Of a DNA stretch of 64,000 nucleotides, positions 7,207 to 16,891 are shown piece after piece. Position numbers and translations under genes: made by a program. The stretch spans positions 15,203 to 79,202 of the forward strand of contig CAZUJL010000015.1 of assembly GCA_964620045.1 (NCBI GenBank), given 5' to 3'. Origin of the DNA: an uncultured Nitrospirales bacterium. Lineage in GTDB: Bacteria; Hydrogenedentota; Hydrogenedentia; Hydrogenedentales; GCA-2746185. Every line of letters begins with the position of its first letter. Within the stretch, counting starts at the first letter, position 1. The notes beneath the pieces were generated by a model, which searched no databases, was not told the origin of the DNA, and was given only the letters and a program-made list of their open reading frames with translations.

Positions 7207-9792
7207 TTGATGTCATCCGGCCACTCGTCCAGCGCGCCAGAACCGTCTGCGAACCCGACCTCTACCCCGGCGGCTGCTCCCGATCGGCTTCCGCCCGTCT
7301 GGAATTTACGCGTCCCGCGTCAGCCTGATTTCGTCGGCCGAGATGCCGAGCTTGCGAATTTGCGCAACACGGTCTGCGCAAAGCGGCTTGTGGTTATTAA
7401 TGAAGGCGCTATCCCCCTTGGCGGTATGGGCAAGTCCGCGCTGGCGCGCGAGTTCGCGTATCGCTATGCGTCCAACTACCAAGTGGTCTGGTGGATGCAG
7501 GCAGACGAGCCGGCGGGATTACACCTCGCGTTCTCACAACTGATGACGGCGCTGAACCTCGTACGTCGTGTGCAGGATGACCCGCCTCACGATCCGGCCG
7601 AAGTCAGCGAATTCCTCGCGGCCCATGGTGGCTGGCTACTTGTGTTTGATGGGCTGGATGATCTCGCCGCGCTGGAAGCGTACTTACCGAAGCGCTTCGG
7701 CGGACACGTGATTGTGACGACGAACCTGGCCTGTACCGATTCGGCCTACCAGAAACTGGCCCTGGCGCCCTTCTCGGACGAGGCCGGCGCTGCGTATCTA
7801 AAGTCTCTGTTGCCGCAGATTAAGCCGGAGTCGGCCACGGCGCTCGCGCGCAAGTCGGGCGGCATTCCGTTGAATGTTGAGCTGCTCGGGGACTGGTCTC
7901 GAATCATGCCGACGGGCCCCGAAGGCGTGGTGAAGAATCTGAACGCGCGCCTGCCGGAGCCCCTGCGCGATAGCATTTCGTCCGATGTGGCCAAGGCGAT
8001 CACGCGCTTTGTCATCGGCGAACTCGCGAGCCTGCTCGAAGTGGAAGACAAGGCCACCCGCGACTTTTTCAGCTTGTGCGCGTATCTCGCGCCGTACGAC
8101 ATCCCTGAATTTCTGTTCGCGCCGCGCAAACGCGAAGATGAAATCTTCTCGCAGCGTCTGTCGACCGTACTCGCCGATCGCGCTGGCCTCGAGCCAATTC
8201 TCGTCCGGCTCGCGAAGTATGGCCTCATTACACGTCATGGCGACTCGTTCTCCATGCACGAACTCGTGCAGGAAGTCCTGCGCGATCGCTTGGCCGATGA
8301 CGCGGCGAAAGCATGGGCAAACGCCGCCACGCGCGTCGTGAGCGAAGCTTTCCCCTATGAACCGCAGTACACCGGCCCCGCGCCGGCGTGTTCGCGGCTT
8401 GTGGGCCATGCGCTTACGTGCACGCAGTATGCTGAGGAACAGAACGTCGCCCGTGAGGCCGCCTCGCAGTTGCTCTACTACACGGGCCTGTATCTGCAGG
8501 CCAATCGCGCGCTGCGAGAGGCCCGGAATTGCTACCAGCTCTCGCTCGCCATCGGGAAAAAGATCTACGGCGACGAGCATCCGATTCAGGCGACGCGTAT
8601 CAACAGTCTCGGCATCGTCGAGCATCAGCTCGGCAATCTGCAGGACGCCAAGCGATGCTTCGAGACCGCTTTTGCCATTTGCGAAAAGGTATACGGGCCG
8701 GTCGAGAAGGCGGTCTACGGCGCGCCAGACGAATCATTGCTCACGATCCCGATTCGCAACCTGTGCGCAATCCTCGAAGAAATGGGCGATACCGACGCGG
8801 CGCAGGCGACCTACGAAAAAGCGATGAAGATCTACCTTGAGGTGTATGGGTGGAACCATCCCCTCGTGGCGGAATGCGCGGATCGTTTCGGGCGGACCTG
8901 GCACACACTCGGAAAACTCGCCAAGGCGCGCAACTGCTTTGAAAAGGCCGTGCTCGCGGAAGAAAGCGCGTCGGAACCGAATTTCGGCGCGCTCGCAACC
9001 TATCTCAACAATCTCGCCATGGTGCTGATCGAGATGCGCGAGCCACAGTTGGCGCATGAACGTCTTGCGCGGGCGTTGCGCCTCGACAACAAGACCTTCG
9101 GCGAACGACACCCGGCCGTGGCACGCGACCTCGCCAATTTGGGCCACGTCTGCCGCGAGTTGCGCCAGTTGGAAGATGCGGAACGTTACTACCGCGACGC
9201 ATTGGCGATGGTGGAGCGCACCGAGGGCGATGACTCCCCCCATGCGGCCTCGCTGTTGAACCATTTGGGCGTGATCCTGCTCGACAACAGTAAGGCCGCC
9301 GCCGCGCGGTCGTGCCTGGATCGCGCGCTGGGTTTGAACAAGGAATTGTTTGGTCCGGAATCCGCCGAAGTCGTGCGCAACCTCACGAACCTCGGCCGGG
9401 CGCTGGACGAACTTGGAGCACACTCGCAAGCATTTAGCGCTTACGAAGAAGCGATCCAGATCGTCGAGAAACAAGGCGGGCCGCAGAGCGAGCGCAAGGC
9501 GACGATTCTCTACCGCATCGGGCGATCGCTGAACAAACAGAAGCGGAACGAAGACGCGCTTGAACGCTTGCAACAGGCGATGAAGATCGACACGGCGCTC
9601 TTCGGCAAGCAGCACCCGAACGTCGCGCGGGACGCCTTTGCCATCGGCTGCACGCTGGCGGACATGCGCGACACGGTGGTGGCGATGGGCCATCTGGCGC
9701 TGGCGCTCGACATTTACGAGAACACGGTGGGCAAAAATGATGCGCGCGCCCGAAAGGTGCGCCGCCGGCTTGAGGAATTAAGTTCGCGTTAG
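7207..9792 (+). CDS. NB-ARC (STAND) NTPase with C-terminal TPR array
   Basis: DFVGR, LGGMGKS Walker A, WLLVFD Walker B, GGIPL (GxP), SMHELVQ (MHD-like), repeated ~42-aa TPRs (HPxxAxxLxNL). Confidence 0.88.
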   Translation: MMSSGHSSSAPEPSANPTSTPAAAPDRLPPVWNLRVPRQPDFVGRDAELANLRNTVCAKRLVVINEGAIPLGGMGKSALAREFAYRYASNYQVVWWMQADEPAGLHLAFSQLMTALNLVRRVQDDPPHDPAEVSEFLAAHGGWLLVFDGLDDLAALEAYLPKRFGGHVIVTTNLACTDSAYQKLALAPFSDEAGAAYLKSLLPQIKPESATALARKSGGIPLNVELLGDWSRIMPTGPEGVVKNLNARLPEPLRDSISSDVAKAITRFVIGELASLLEVEDKATRDFFSLCAYLAPYDIPEFLFAPRKREDEIFSQRLSTVLADRAGLEPILVRLAKYGLITRHGDSFSMHELVQEVLRDRLADDAAKAWANAATRVVSEAFPYEPQYTGPAPACSRLVGHALTCTQYAEEQNVAREAASQLLYYTGLYLQANRALREARNCYQLSLAIGKKIYGDEHPIQATRINSLGIVEHQLGNLQDAKRCFETAFAICEKVYGPVEKAVYGAPDESLLTIPIRNLCAILEEMGDTDAAQATYEKAMKIYLEVYGWNHPLVAECADRFGRTWHTLGKLAKARNCFEKAVLAEESASEPNFGALATYLNNLAMVLIEMREPQLAHERLARALRLDNKTFGERHPAVARDLANLGHVCRELRQLEDAERYYRDALAMVERTEGDDSPHAASLLNHLGVILLDNSKAAAARSCLDRALGLNKELFGPESAEVVRNLTNLGRALDELGAHSQAFSAYEEAIQIVEKQGGPQSERKATILYRIGRSLNKQKRNEDALERLQQAMKIDTALFGKQHPNVARDAFAIGCTLADMRDTVVAMGHLALALDIYENTVGKNDARARKVRRRLEELSSR

Positions 9793-9859
9793 TAACGCAT
9801 TGCGCAATAACGCTTGCTCTGAAATAATCGAGTATTCATCGCCAAGGGAGGAACCATCC

Positions 9860-11185
9860 ATGCAATCGTATCGTAAAGTTTTCATGCCGCTGCTGGTCGC
9901 GCTGTTGGCCGCACCGGCGCTGTTTGCCGGCACCCTGCCAAAGTCCTCCCCCGCGGACGCCGGCCTTTCCGCCGAGCGCCTGCAGCGAATCACCGAGGCG
10001 ATGAAACGCGACACCGCGAATGGGGACATTCCCGGAGCGGTCGCGTTGGTCGCGCGCAACGGCAAGATCGCCTACATCGAGGCGGTCGGCCAAGCGGACA
10101 AGGAAAAGAGCGTCGCGATGCGGCCGGACACGATCTTCCGCATCTATTCGATGTCCAAGCCCATCACGAGCGTCGCGCTGATGTCGCTCTACGAGGAAGG
10201 CAAGTTTTTTCTGGATGATCCGGTGTCGATGTACATCCCGGAACTGAAGGACCTGAAGGTCATCGTTTCCAAGGAAGACAAAGGCGGCAGTGGGGTTTTC
10301 AATCTGCCCGAAACCGATCCGGCGAAGCAGGCGGCGAAGCCGACCACGGCGGCCGACGTCACCACGGAACCCGCGGTTCGCGAGATGACGATCCAGGATC
10401 TGCTGCGCCACACCTCGGGCCTCACCTACGGCTTCTTCGGCAACACCGAAGTGGACCAGATCTATCAGCAGGCCGGCATTCTGACGACGGACAAAGACTT
10501 GGCCGACATGTGCCAGAAGCTCTCGAAGATCCCCCTGCTCTATCAGCCGGGCACGCAGTGGCACTACAGCATTTCGGTGGACGTGCAGGGGCGCTTGGTT
10601 GAAGTGCTCTCCGGCCAACCCTTCGACAAATTCCTTGAGGAACGTATCTTCAAACCGCTCGGCATGGTCGATACCAGCTTTGCCGTGCCCGCAGACAAAA
10701 TGGACCGATTCGCGCAGATGTACACGCCGGACGCCGCGGCGAAGATTAAGCCGGCGCCGGCCTTCTACTCGCGCAACTTCGTCGGCAGCCCGACCTTCTT
10801 CTCGGGCGGCGGCGGTCTGGTGTCCACGGCGACGGATTACTTCCGTTTCTGCCAAATGATGCTGAACGGCGGCGAGCTGGACGGTGTGCGCATTATCAGC
10901 CGGCCGACGGTTGAGCTAATGACGACCGACCACCTGCTTGATATCCCCGGCATGGGCGCGGGCTACGGCTTCGGCCTCGGCTTCGCGGTTGCGAAGGAAC
11001 CGGGCGCGATTGGCGTGCCGGTCTCGCGCGGCGAGTTCAACTGGGGCGGCGCCGCCGGCACAAAATTCTGGATCGATCCGCAGGAAAAGCTGATCGGTGT
11101 GTACATGGTCCAGATCCTGCCGCACACAGGCCTGCGCTACGGTGAGACGTTCAAAAATCTTGCGTATCAGGCTGTTGCCGACTAA
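9860..11185 (+). CDS. Exported serine hydrolase, beta-lactamase class C/esterase family
   Basis: Signal peptide, SMSK (SxxK), LLRHTSG, WHYS, SGGGGL and WGG motifs. Confidence 0.9.
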   Translation: MQSYRKVFMPLLVALLAAPALFAGTLPKSSPADAGLSAERLQRITEAMKRDTANGDIPGAVALVARNGKIAYIEAVGQADKEKSVAMRPDTIFRIYSMSKPITSVALMSLYEEGKFFLDDPVSMYIPELKDLKVIVSKEDKGGSGVFNLPETDPAKQAAKPTTAADVTTEPAVREMTIQDLLRHTSGLTYGFFGNTEVDQIYQQAGILTTDKDLADMCQKLSKIPLLYQPGTQWHYSISVDVQGRLVEVLSGQPFDKFLEERIFKPLGMVDTSFAVPADKMDRFAQMYTPDAAAKIKPAPAFYSRNFVGSPTFFSGGGGLVSTATDYFRFCQMMLNGGELDGVRIISRPTVELMTTDHLLDIPGMGAGYGFGLGFAVAKEPGAIGVPVSRGEFNWGGAAGTKFWIDPQEKLIGVYMVQILPHTGLRYGETFKNLAYQAVAD

Positions 11186-11203
11186 CTAGAATCGAGACTC
11201 GTG

Positions 11204-12031
11204 ATGCCGATTGATTTTGCATCCCTCCCCTTGCGCGAAGTACGCAAGGGCCGTGCGCTGCAGTGGGACCCGCACACGGTGGATATCTCCCGCGATGCGC
11301 AGGACTGGTTTAGCCTCACGCCTATCGAGCGCCAGGTGCTGCTGAGCCAGGTGCTCGGCTTCTTGCAGGGCGAGCGCGCGGTCGCGCACGATCTCGCGCC
11401 GTTGCAGCAGGCGCTGCGCAAGGAACGCGGACACATGGAAGAGGAGATGTACCTCACGCAGCAGACCTACGAAGAATCGACGCATGTCGAGTTCTTCCAA
11501 CGATGGCTGAACGAGGTCGTCGGCGATAGCTTGGCCGAAGAGGTCAAGACGCTGCCGTTCAATCAGTCGCAGGTGATCAAGGACATCCTGCCGCGCGCGA
11601 TGACGGCGCTAAATACCGACACCAGCCCCACGGCGCAGCTCTACGCCGTCACGGTCTATCACCAGATCGTCGAGGGCGTCCTCGCGGAAGTGGGCTATCA
11701 GGTGTTTTACGACTGCCTCGACGCCCGCAGCGTGTTGCCGGGGCTGCGTCAGGGCATTCGGAATATCCAGACCGATGAATCGCGCCACATTGCGTTTGGC
11801 ACCTATCTCGGCCGACGGATCTTGTCGCAGAATCCCACGCTGAAGCAGAAGTTTGTGGGCTGGATGGAGGAACTTCGTTCGGCGACGCGCGAATCGGTGG
11901 ATAGCCTCTTTACGCCCTATACCCCGCCGTATCCGTTCGGATTGGATCGCGAGAAAATGCTGACCTTCACGGATACTTTGATCCGCCGCCGGACGGATGC
12001 TGTGCTGCAAGGCGCAGGAGTGGAAGTTTAG
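11204..12031 (+). CDS. R2-like ligand-binding oxidase (R2lox, Mn/Fe ferritin-like)
   Basis: WDP..VD...D..DW, GERAV, EESTH, VYHQIVEGVLAEVGY and DESRH; no R1 or R2 RNR partner nearby. Confidence 0.88.
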   Translation: MPIDFASLPLREVRKGRALQWDPHTVDISRDAQDWFSLTPIERQVLLSQVLGFLQGERAVAHDLAPLQQALRKERGHMEEEMYLTQQTYEESTHVEFFQRWLNEVVGDSLAEEVKTLPFNQSQVIKDILPRAMTALNTDTSPTAQLYAVTVYHQIVEGVLAEVGYQVFYDCLDARSVLPGLRQGIRNIQTDESRHIAFGTYLGRRILSQNPTLKQKFVGWMEELRSATRESVDSLFTPYTPPYPFGLDREKMLTFTDTLIRRRTDAVLQGAGVEV

Positions 12032-12489
12032 TCTTTCAGCGCACGCTTGATGCGTTTTTGAATCTTCGCCCGCGCGTCTTCGTTGCCCGCCAGAAAAGCC
12101 GTGAGTTCGCCGAGGCGCTTCGTGAAGTTGTCGTCAACCTGGTGTTCCAAGCGGCAGGCTTCGGTATCGGCCGCGGCATCATCAAATTGCAACACATCGC
12201 GCAGGAACTCGTGCAACACCACGTGGCGGTTGGCCAGTTTGCGCGCGATCGCCTGGCCTTTGGGCGTGAGATCGACGTAGCTGTAGGCCTTGTGCTCGAC
12301 GATGGCCTGCTCGGCCAGTTCGCGCACGGCACGAGACGCGGCGGGGCGGCTCACCTGCACCTGCTGCGCGATCTCGCTCACGCTGCAGACCTTCCCGCGC
12401 GTCAATAAGTCCGCGATCGCCTCGACGTATTGCTCGAGGGACGGACTCATGTCGCGCAGGTTGCCGCTGGATGGGCTGAACGCCGGCAC
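12028..12489 (-). CDS. DtxR/MntR-family metal-dependent regulator
   Basis: SLEQYVEAI, winged HTH (VSRPAASRAVREL), YSYVDLT, RH...EAC RLEH metal site; GTG 12489 follows AAGGAG. Confidence 0.9.
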   Translation of the reverse strand: MPAFSPSSGNLRDMSPSLEQYVEAIADLLTRGKVCSVSEIAQQVQVSRPAASRAVRELAEQAIVEHKAYSYVDLTPKGQAIARKLANRHVVLHEFLRDVLQFDDAAADTEACRLEHQVDDNFTKRLGELTAFLAGNEDARAKIQKRIKRALKD

Positions 12490-12506
12490 GCCGTTGCTCC
12501 TTAACT

Positions 12507-12526
12507 CTGTTAACCCGCGTTAACAG
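12507..12526. promoter_or_regulatory. Perfect palindrome, putative DtxR/MntR operator
   Basis: CTGTTAAC-ccgc-GTTAACAG overlapping the minus-strand extended -10 (TGtTATGCT, 12533-12525) of the regulator gene. Confidence 0.6.
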
Positions 12527-12612
12527 CATAACACATCCGGACCCGGCGGGCACAATGCCCCTCCCCCGCCTCGTTCGCTATACTCTGCGCCCGCGGGAGG
12601 AATTCGCAGTAG

Positions 12613-14307
12613 ATGAATGCTTTGACGAAGTTGCGATTGATTTATCGCATTGTGCGGTGGCGGCTTACCTGGGACAAGCGAAACACGCGCTACCAGTATC
12701 ACGTGCCCGGCAATCCGAAGTTTCTCGGCCCGCGCGAGGCCATCGGGCTCATCAAGGACAACGCCTTCGTCGCCGTCTCCGGTCTTGGCGGCAACCAGCA
12801 CGCCACCATCCTCTATTGGGCGATGAAGGAGCTCTTCGAGGAAACAGGACATCCCCGCGACCTCACGGTGATGCCGATCGGCGGCCAGGGCGGTCGCGGC
12901 AAAGTCCCCGGCACAGTCGATGAGCTTGGCATCGAGGGACTCACGCGCCGGTTCATCACCGGACACCACGAAACCTTTAAAAATTTCCTGCGCCTTGGCG
13001 AAGCGAACAAGGTGGAGCTTCAATGCCTGCCGCAGGGCACACTCGCGCTATTGATCGACGCGCAGACGCGCGGCGAGGACAGCGTGCTCATTCCAACCGG
13101 TGTCGGTACGGCCTTCGATCCGTCCATCGGCCGCGGCACGCCGCTCACGCCGGGCGGCGAACAGCTCGCCGCGCGGGAAGGCGATCGCATTCGCTATCGG
13201 CTGCCGAAGATCGATGTCGCGCTGATCAACGCGCCGGCCGCGGACAAGCAAGGCAATATCTACATGAAGCGCACGTCGATGCTGGCCGAATCCAAGGAAA
13301 TCGCAGCCGCCGCGCGCCGAAATGGCGGGAAAGTCATCGTGTGCGTCGGCAAAATGGTCGAGAAGGGCTATGACGACGTCTATCTACCCGCGGACGCGGT
13401 TGACGCGATTGTGCAGTACCCCGACGTCGGGCAGACGATGTCGCGCAAGCACACGAACCCCTGGCTGGCGCTGACAACCGAGAGCGATATCGATGTGCTC
13501 GACGCCTACGCGCAGATGCGCTTTGTGAACAAGGTGATCGGCGTCACGCCGCGCCGCACGCCCGTGGACGAGGCCATGGCGCGGCTCGCGGCAAAGGTGT
13601 TCGCGGAAAATGTGCCCGTCGGCGCGCTGGTGAATATCGGTACGGGTCTGCCCGAAGAAGTCTGCCGCACGCTGGTCGAATGCGGTCTGCTCGATAAGCT
13701 GACGTTCTTCACTGAGAGCGGTGTGGTCGGCGGACTCCCGGGCCCGGGCGTCTTCTTCGGCGCAGCGGCGTGTCCAGATCACATGGTGTCCTCCGCTGAT
13801 ATCTTCAAGCGCGCGCACCATGAACTCGACGTTACGATCCTGGGCACCTTACAGGTGGATTCCAAGGGCGACGTGAACGTGTCCAAGCGTGGGCCAAAGA
13901 TGACGGACTATGTCGGGCCGGGCGGTTTCATCGACTTCAGCACCTCGGCCAAGACCGTGATCTTCGTTGGCAATTGGATGGCGCATGGTGAGATGTCGAT
14001 CGAAAACGAATGCGTGAAGATCACGAACCGTGGCAAACCGAAGTTCGTGGAAGCCGTTGACGAAATCACATTTTGCGGCGCGGAAGCCCTGCGCGCAGGA
14101 CGAAAAGTCTTTTACGTAACACCGGTGGGCGTGTTTCGCCTGACCGCGCGCGGGCTGGAGCTGCAGGCCGTGATGCCGGGCGTTGATGTCGAAAAGGACA
14201 TTCTCGGCGTAGCCAAGGCGAAGATTCTGTTGCCCGAGACGGCCAAAATCCCGCAGGTAGACGCGTCTGTCGTTACCGGCCGGGGCTTTGCGCCGAAGAT
14301 GGCGTGA
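12613..14307 (+). CDS. Family I CoA-transferase, fused alpha/beta (propionate/acetate CoA-transferase-like)
   Basis: LPQGTLA, LVNIGTGLP, FTESG catalytic Glu, GDVNVSK and GPGGFIDF motifs. Confidence 0.9.
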   Translation: MNALTKLRLIYRIVRWRLTWDKRNTRYQYHVPGNPKFLGPREAIGLIKDNAFVAVSGLGGNQHATILYWAMKELFEETGHPRDLTVMPIGGQGGRGKVPGTVDELGIEGLTRRFITGHHETFKNFLRLGEANKVELQCLPQGTLALLIDAQTRGEDSVLIPTGVGTAFDPSIGRGTPLTPGGEQLAAREGDRIRYRLPKIDVALINAPAADKQGNIYMKRTSMLAESKEIAAAARRNGGKVIVCVGKMVEKGYDDVYLPADAVDAIVQYPDVGQTMSRKHTNPWLALTTESDIDVLDAYAQMRFVNKVIGVTPRRTPVDEAMARLAAKVFAENVPVGALVNIGTGLPEEVCRTLVECGLLDKLTFFTESGVVGGLPGPGVFFGAAACPDHMVSSADIFKRAHHELDVTILGTLQVDSKGDVNVSKRGPKMTDYVGPGGFIDFSTSAKTVIFVGNWMAHGEMSIENECVKITNRGKPKFVEAVDEITFCGAEALRAGRKVFYVTPVGVFRLTARGLELQAVMPGVDVEKDILGVAKAKILLPETAKIPQVDASVVTGRGFAPKMA

Positions 14308-15127
14308 AGAACCAGGCGGCCAAGGCCTCCCCTTCTTCTTCGGTAAACGTCACTTCGCGGCCGGATACGCGACCCGTGAGCAACGCAGTCAACAGCGGCT
14401 GCGGATTCGTGCGCACGGCTTGCTCGCTCGGCGTGGCGCCGTACTGCGTCGGAAACTTCGCCGCGATCACGGGGGCAATATCCTTCCCGAACTCCGGCGT
14501 CGTGTAGTACTCCATGTCGAGCACGCAGCCCTTCACGATGGTCGGCTCAACGGCTGGCGTGGCGCCCGTGGCAATCGCTTCCAGCGTATCGCGCAGCCAG
14601 AACTTGCTCGGGCTCATGCGCTGCAGGCCATAGTCGAAACGATCGTCCGCCATGCCGCGATACGTGATGTCCCCTGTGCGCGGATCGATGACGAACACTT
14701 CGGCGGAGCGCGTGAAGTTCAGCGAATGCGCCAGCGCGCGGAACATGTCGCGCAGCACGGGCGCGGTCGCCGAGTACTCCTTCATCTCCTCGACGATCGA
14801 CTCGTTCGTGTCCCACGGGTTCGCGTTCACGTACAGGAACTCGATTCCCTGCGGCTCGTACTTCGTGCGCAACTCTTCCATGTACGGATAGCTCTGTCGC
14901 ACGATCGGGCAGCCGTTCATTTGTACGAACAACACCACGGCCTTCGCGTCCTTGTGCGCGGCGAGTTCATACGCCTGGCCGTTCGCGTCCAGTAGACGGA
15001 AATTCGGCGAGTGCATCGGCAGGCCCGCGGTCGAGGTGAGTTTCTCTGCGACGGCGCTGAACGCAGGCAGCATCAGCACGGCGATGAACGCCGCGCTCAG
15101 CCGAACCGTATGTAATGTGATCCGCAT
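14273..15127 (-). CDS. Exported redoxin (AhpC/TSA-like) domain protein
   Basis: Signal peptide, NFRLLD, GCPIV, YRGMADD, GC motif; start at ATG 15127. Confidence 0.75.
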   Translation of the reverse strand: MRITLHTVRLSAAFIAVLMLPAFSAVAEKLTSTAGLPMHSPNFRLLDANGQAYELAAHKDAKAVVLFVQMNGCPIVRQSYPYMEELRTKYEPQGIEFLYVNANPWDTNESIVEEMKEYSATAPVLRDMFRALAHSLNFTRSAEVFVIDPRTGDITYRGMADDRFDYGLQRMSPSKFWLRDTLEAIATGATPAVEPTIVKGCVLDMEYYTTPEFGKDIAPVIAAKFPTQYGATPSEQAVRTNPQPLLTALLTGRVSGREVTFTEEEGEALAAWFFTPSSAQSPGR

Positions 15128-15200
15128 CGTAAATCCCACGCTGCCACTACCCAGATCAAACACACGGCCAACGCGCGAGTTCCGCGAAAATAGGCCGAAA

Positions 15201-16871
15201 TCAGGCCTCTACCGGCGCCGCGCGGTTCAAAATCGTCTCGAAATCCACATGCGGCGGCAGCGTGCCGTATTCGGCACCATGGTCGCCCGCGAGCCGCGAC
15301 GCGCAGAATGCCTCGGCGACAGCCGCATTGCCGTATCGCACCAGCAACGCGCCCTGCAGTGTCCGCGCCATGTGCTCGACTAAGCGTCGTGCGCGCAACT
15401 CCAGATTACCGGTGTCCATCAGCATGGCTTTCAGTTCATCGATCGCGGCATCGACGCGTTTATCGCCACCACGCGCGGCTTCCAGTTCGCCGATAAAAGC
15501 CGTGGCCGTTTCGGGTTCGCGGTTCATCGCACGCAATACATCGAGGCACATTACGTTGCCGGAACCTTCCCAGATCGACGTCAGCGGCGATTCGCGGAAC
15601 AAGCGCGGCAGCGGAGATTCTTCCACATAGCCCGCACCGCCGAGACATTCCATCGCTTCGTACACATGATGCGGACCGCGTTTGCACACCCAGTATTTCG
15701 CGACGGCCGTCGCAATCCGCACGAAGTCCTGTGCGGAGGTGTCGTTCATGGCTTCGTCGTAGCCGCGCGCGAGGCGGAACATCAGCATCGCGGCCGCCTC
15801 CCACTCCACGGCGAGGTCCGCGAGCACGTTCTTCATCAGCGGCTGATCACGCAGCTTCTTGCCGAAGGCGGAGCGGTATCTAACGTGATTCATCGCCTGC
15901 GCGACGCCCTGCCGCATAAATCCGGCGGACGCCAGCCCGCAATCCAGCCGAGTGTGCGTCACCATGTCGATGATCGTCGGCACGCCGCGGCCGTCTTCGC
16001 CGAGCATCTGCGCCCAGGTCTCGCGGTACTCGATTTCGCTGGACGCGTTCGAGCGGTTGCCGAGCTTGTCTTTCAGACGCTGGATGAAAAAGTTGTTCTT
16101 GGTGCCGTCCGGCCGGAAGCGCGGCACAAAAAAGCACGACAACCCGGCATCGGTCTGCGCGAGCGTTAGGAAGGCGTCGCTCATTGGCGCGGAACAGAAC
16201 CATTTGTGGCCGGTCAGCTCATACTCTCCGCCGGGGCCGCCCTTGCCGAGCGCGCGGGCGCGGGTCGTGTTCGCGCGCACATCGGAGCCGCCCTGCTTCT
16301 CGGTCATCGCCATGCCCATCTGGGCCGAGCGCTTCTGCGACACAGGCAAGTGGCGGCCGTCGTATTCGTTCGACAACAGCTTCGGCAGCCAGGCGTCCGC
16401 GATCGCGGGCGTGTGCTTGAGCGCGGGCACGACGGCGAACGTCATCGTGATCGGGCAGCCGACGCCGGCCTCGGTCTGCGGGATCATGTACGCCAACGCC
16501 GCACGCGCGACATGTGCGCCCTGCCGCTTCTCGACCCACGGCCACGAATGCGCGCGGTACATTACGTACAACTTCTGGATGTCGTGATACGCCGGGTGAT
16601 ATTCGACGGTGTCAATGCGGTGCCCATAGCGATCGTGCGTGTGCAGCACCGGCGGATTTTCGTTCGCGAGGCGCCCGGCCTGAATGTAGCGCGCGCTGCC
16701 GCAGTGTCCGCCAAACTCGGCGACCTGCCCCTCGGCCCACGCCGCGCCTTCGCGCTTAATCGCTTCGCGCAGGGCGGTGTCGGCCTTGTATAGGTTGTAG
16801 TCCTCGAGCGGGACAGCTTGGTTCGTGACGTCGTGGGTCGCCAGCGGACTTTTCGTTTCTGGTGTTTCCAT
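15201..16871 (-). CDS. aidB: AidB-like acyl-CoA dehydrogenase
   Basis: THDVTNQ, CPITMT, GMAMTEKQGGSDV, GHKWFCSAP, RLKDKLGNRSNASSEIE and ECLGGAGYVEE motifs. Confidence 0.9.
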   Translation of the reverse strand: METPETKSPLATHDVTNQAVPLEDYNLYKADTALREAIKREGAAWAEGQVAEFGGHCGSARYIQAGRLANENPPVLHTHDRYGHRIDTVEYHPAYHDIQKLYVMYRAHSWPWVEKRQGAHVARAALAYMIPQTEAGVGCPITMTFAVVPALKHTPAIADAWLPKLLSNEYDGRHLPVSQKRSAQMGMAMTEKQGGSDVRANTTRARALGKGGPGGEYELTGHKWFCSAPMSDAFLTLAQTDAGLSCFFVPRFRPDGTKNNFFIQRLKDKLGNRSNASSEIEYRETWAQMLGEDGRGVPTIIDMVTHTRLDCGLASAGFMRQGVAQAMNHVRYRSAFGKKLRDQPLMKNVLADLAVEWEAAAMLMFRLARGYDEAMNDTSAQDFVRIATAVAKYWVCKRGPHHVYEAMECLGGAGYVEESPLPRLFRESPLTSIWEGSGNVMCLDVLRAMNREPETATAFIGELEAARGGDKRVDAAIDELKAMLMDTGNLELRARRLVEHMARTLQGALLVRYGNAAVAEAFCASRLAGDHGAEYGTLPPHVDFETILNRAAPVEA

Positions 16872-16891
16872 GTGTGTCCCCTCGGCGAATC

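Noticed and set aside
11204-12031. Ribonucleotide reductase beta subunit
   Set aside because: Motifs fit R2lox and there is no alpha subunit nearby
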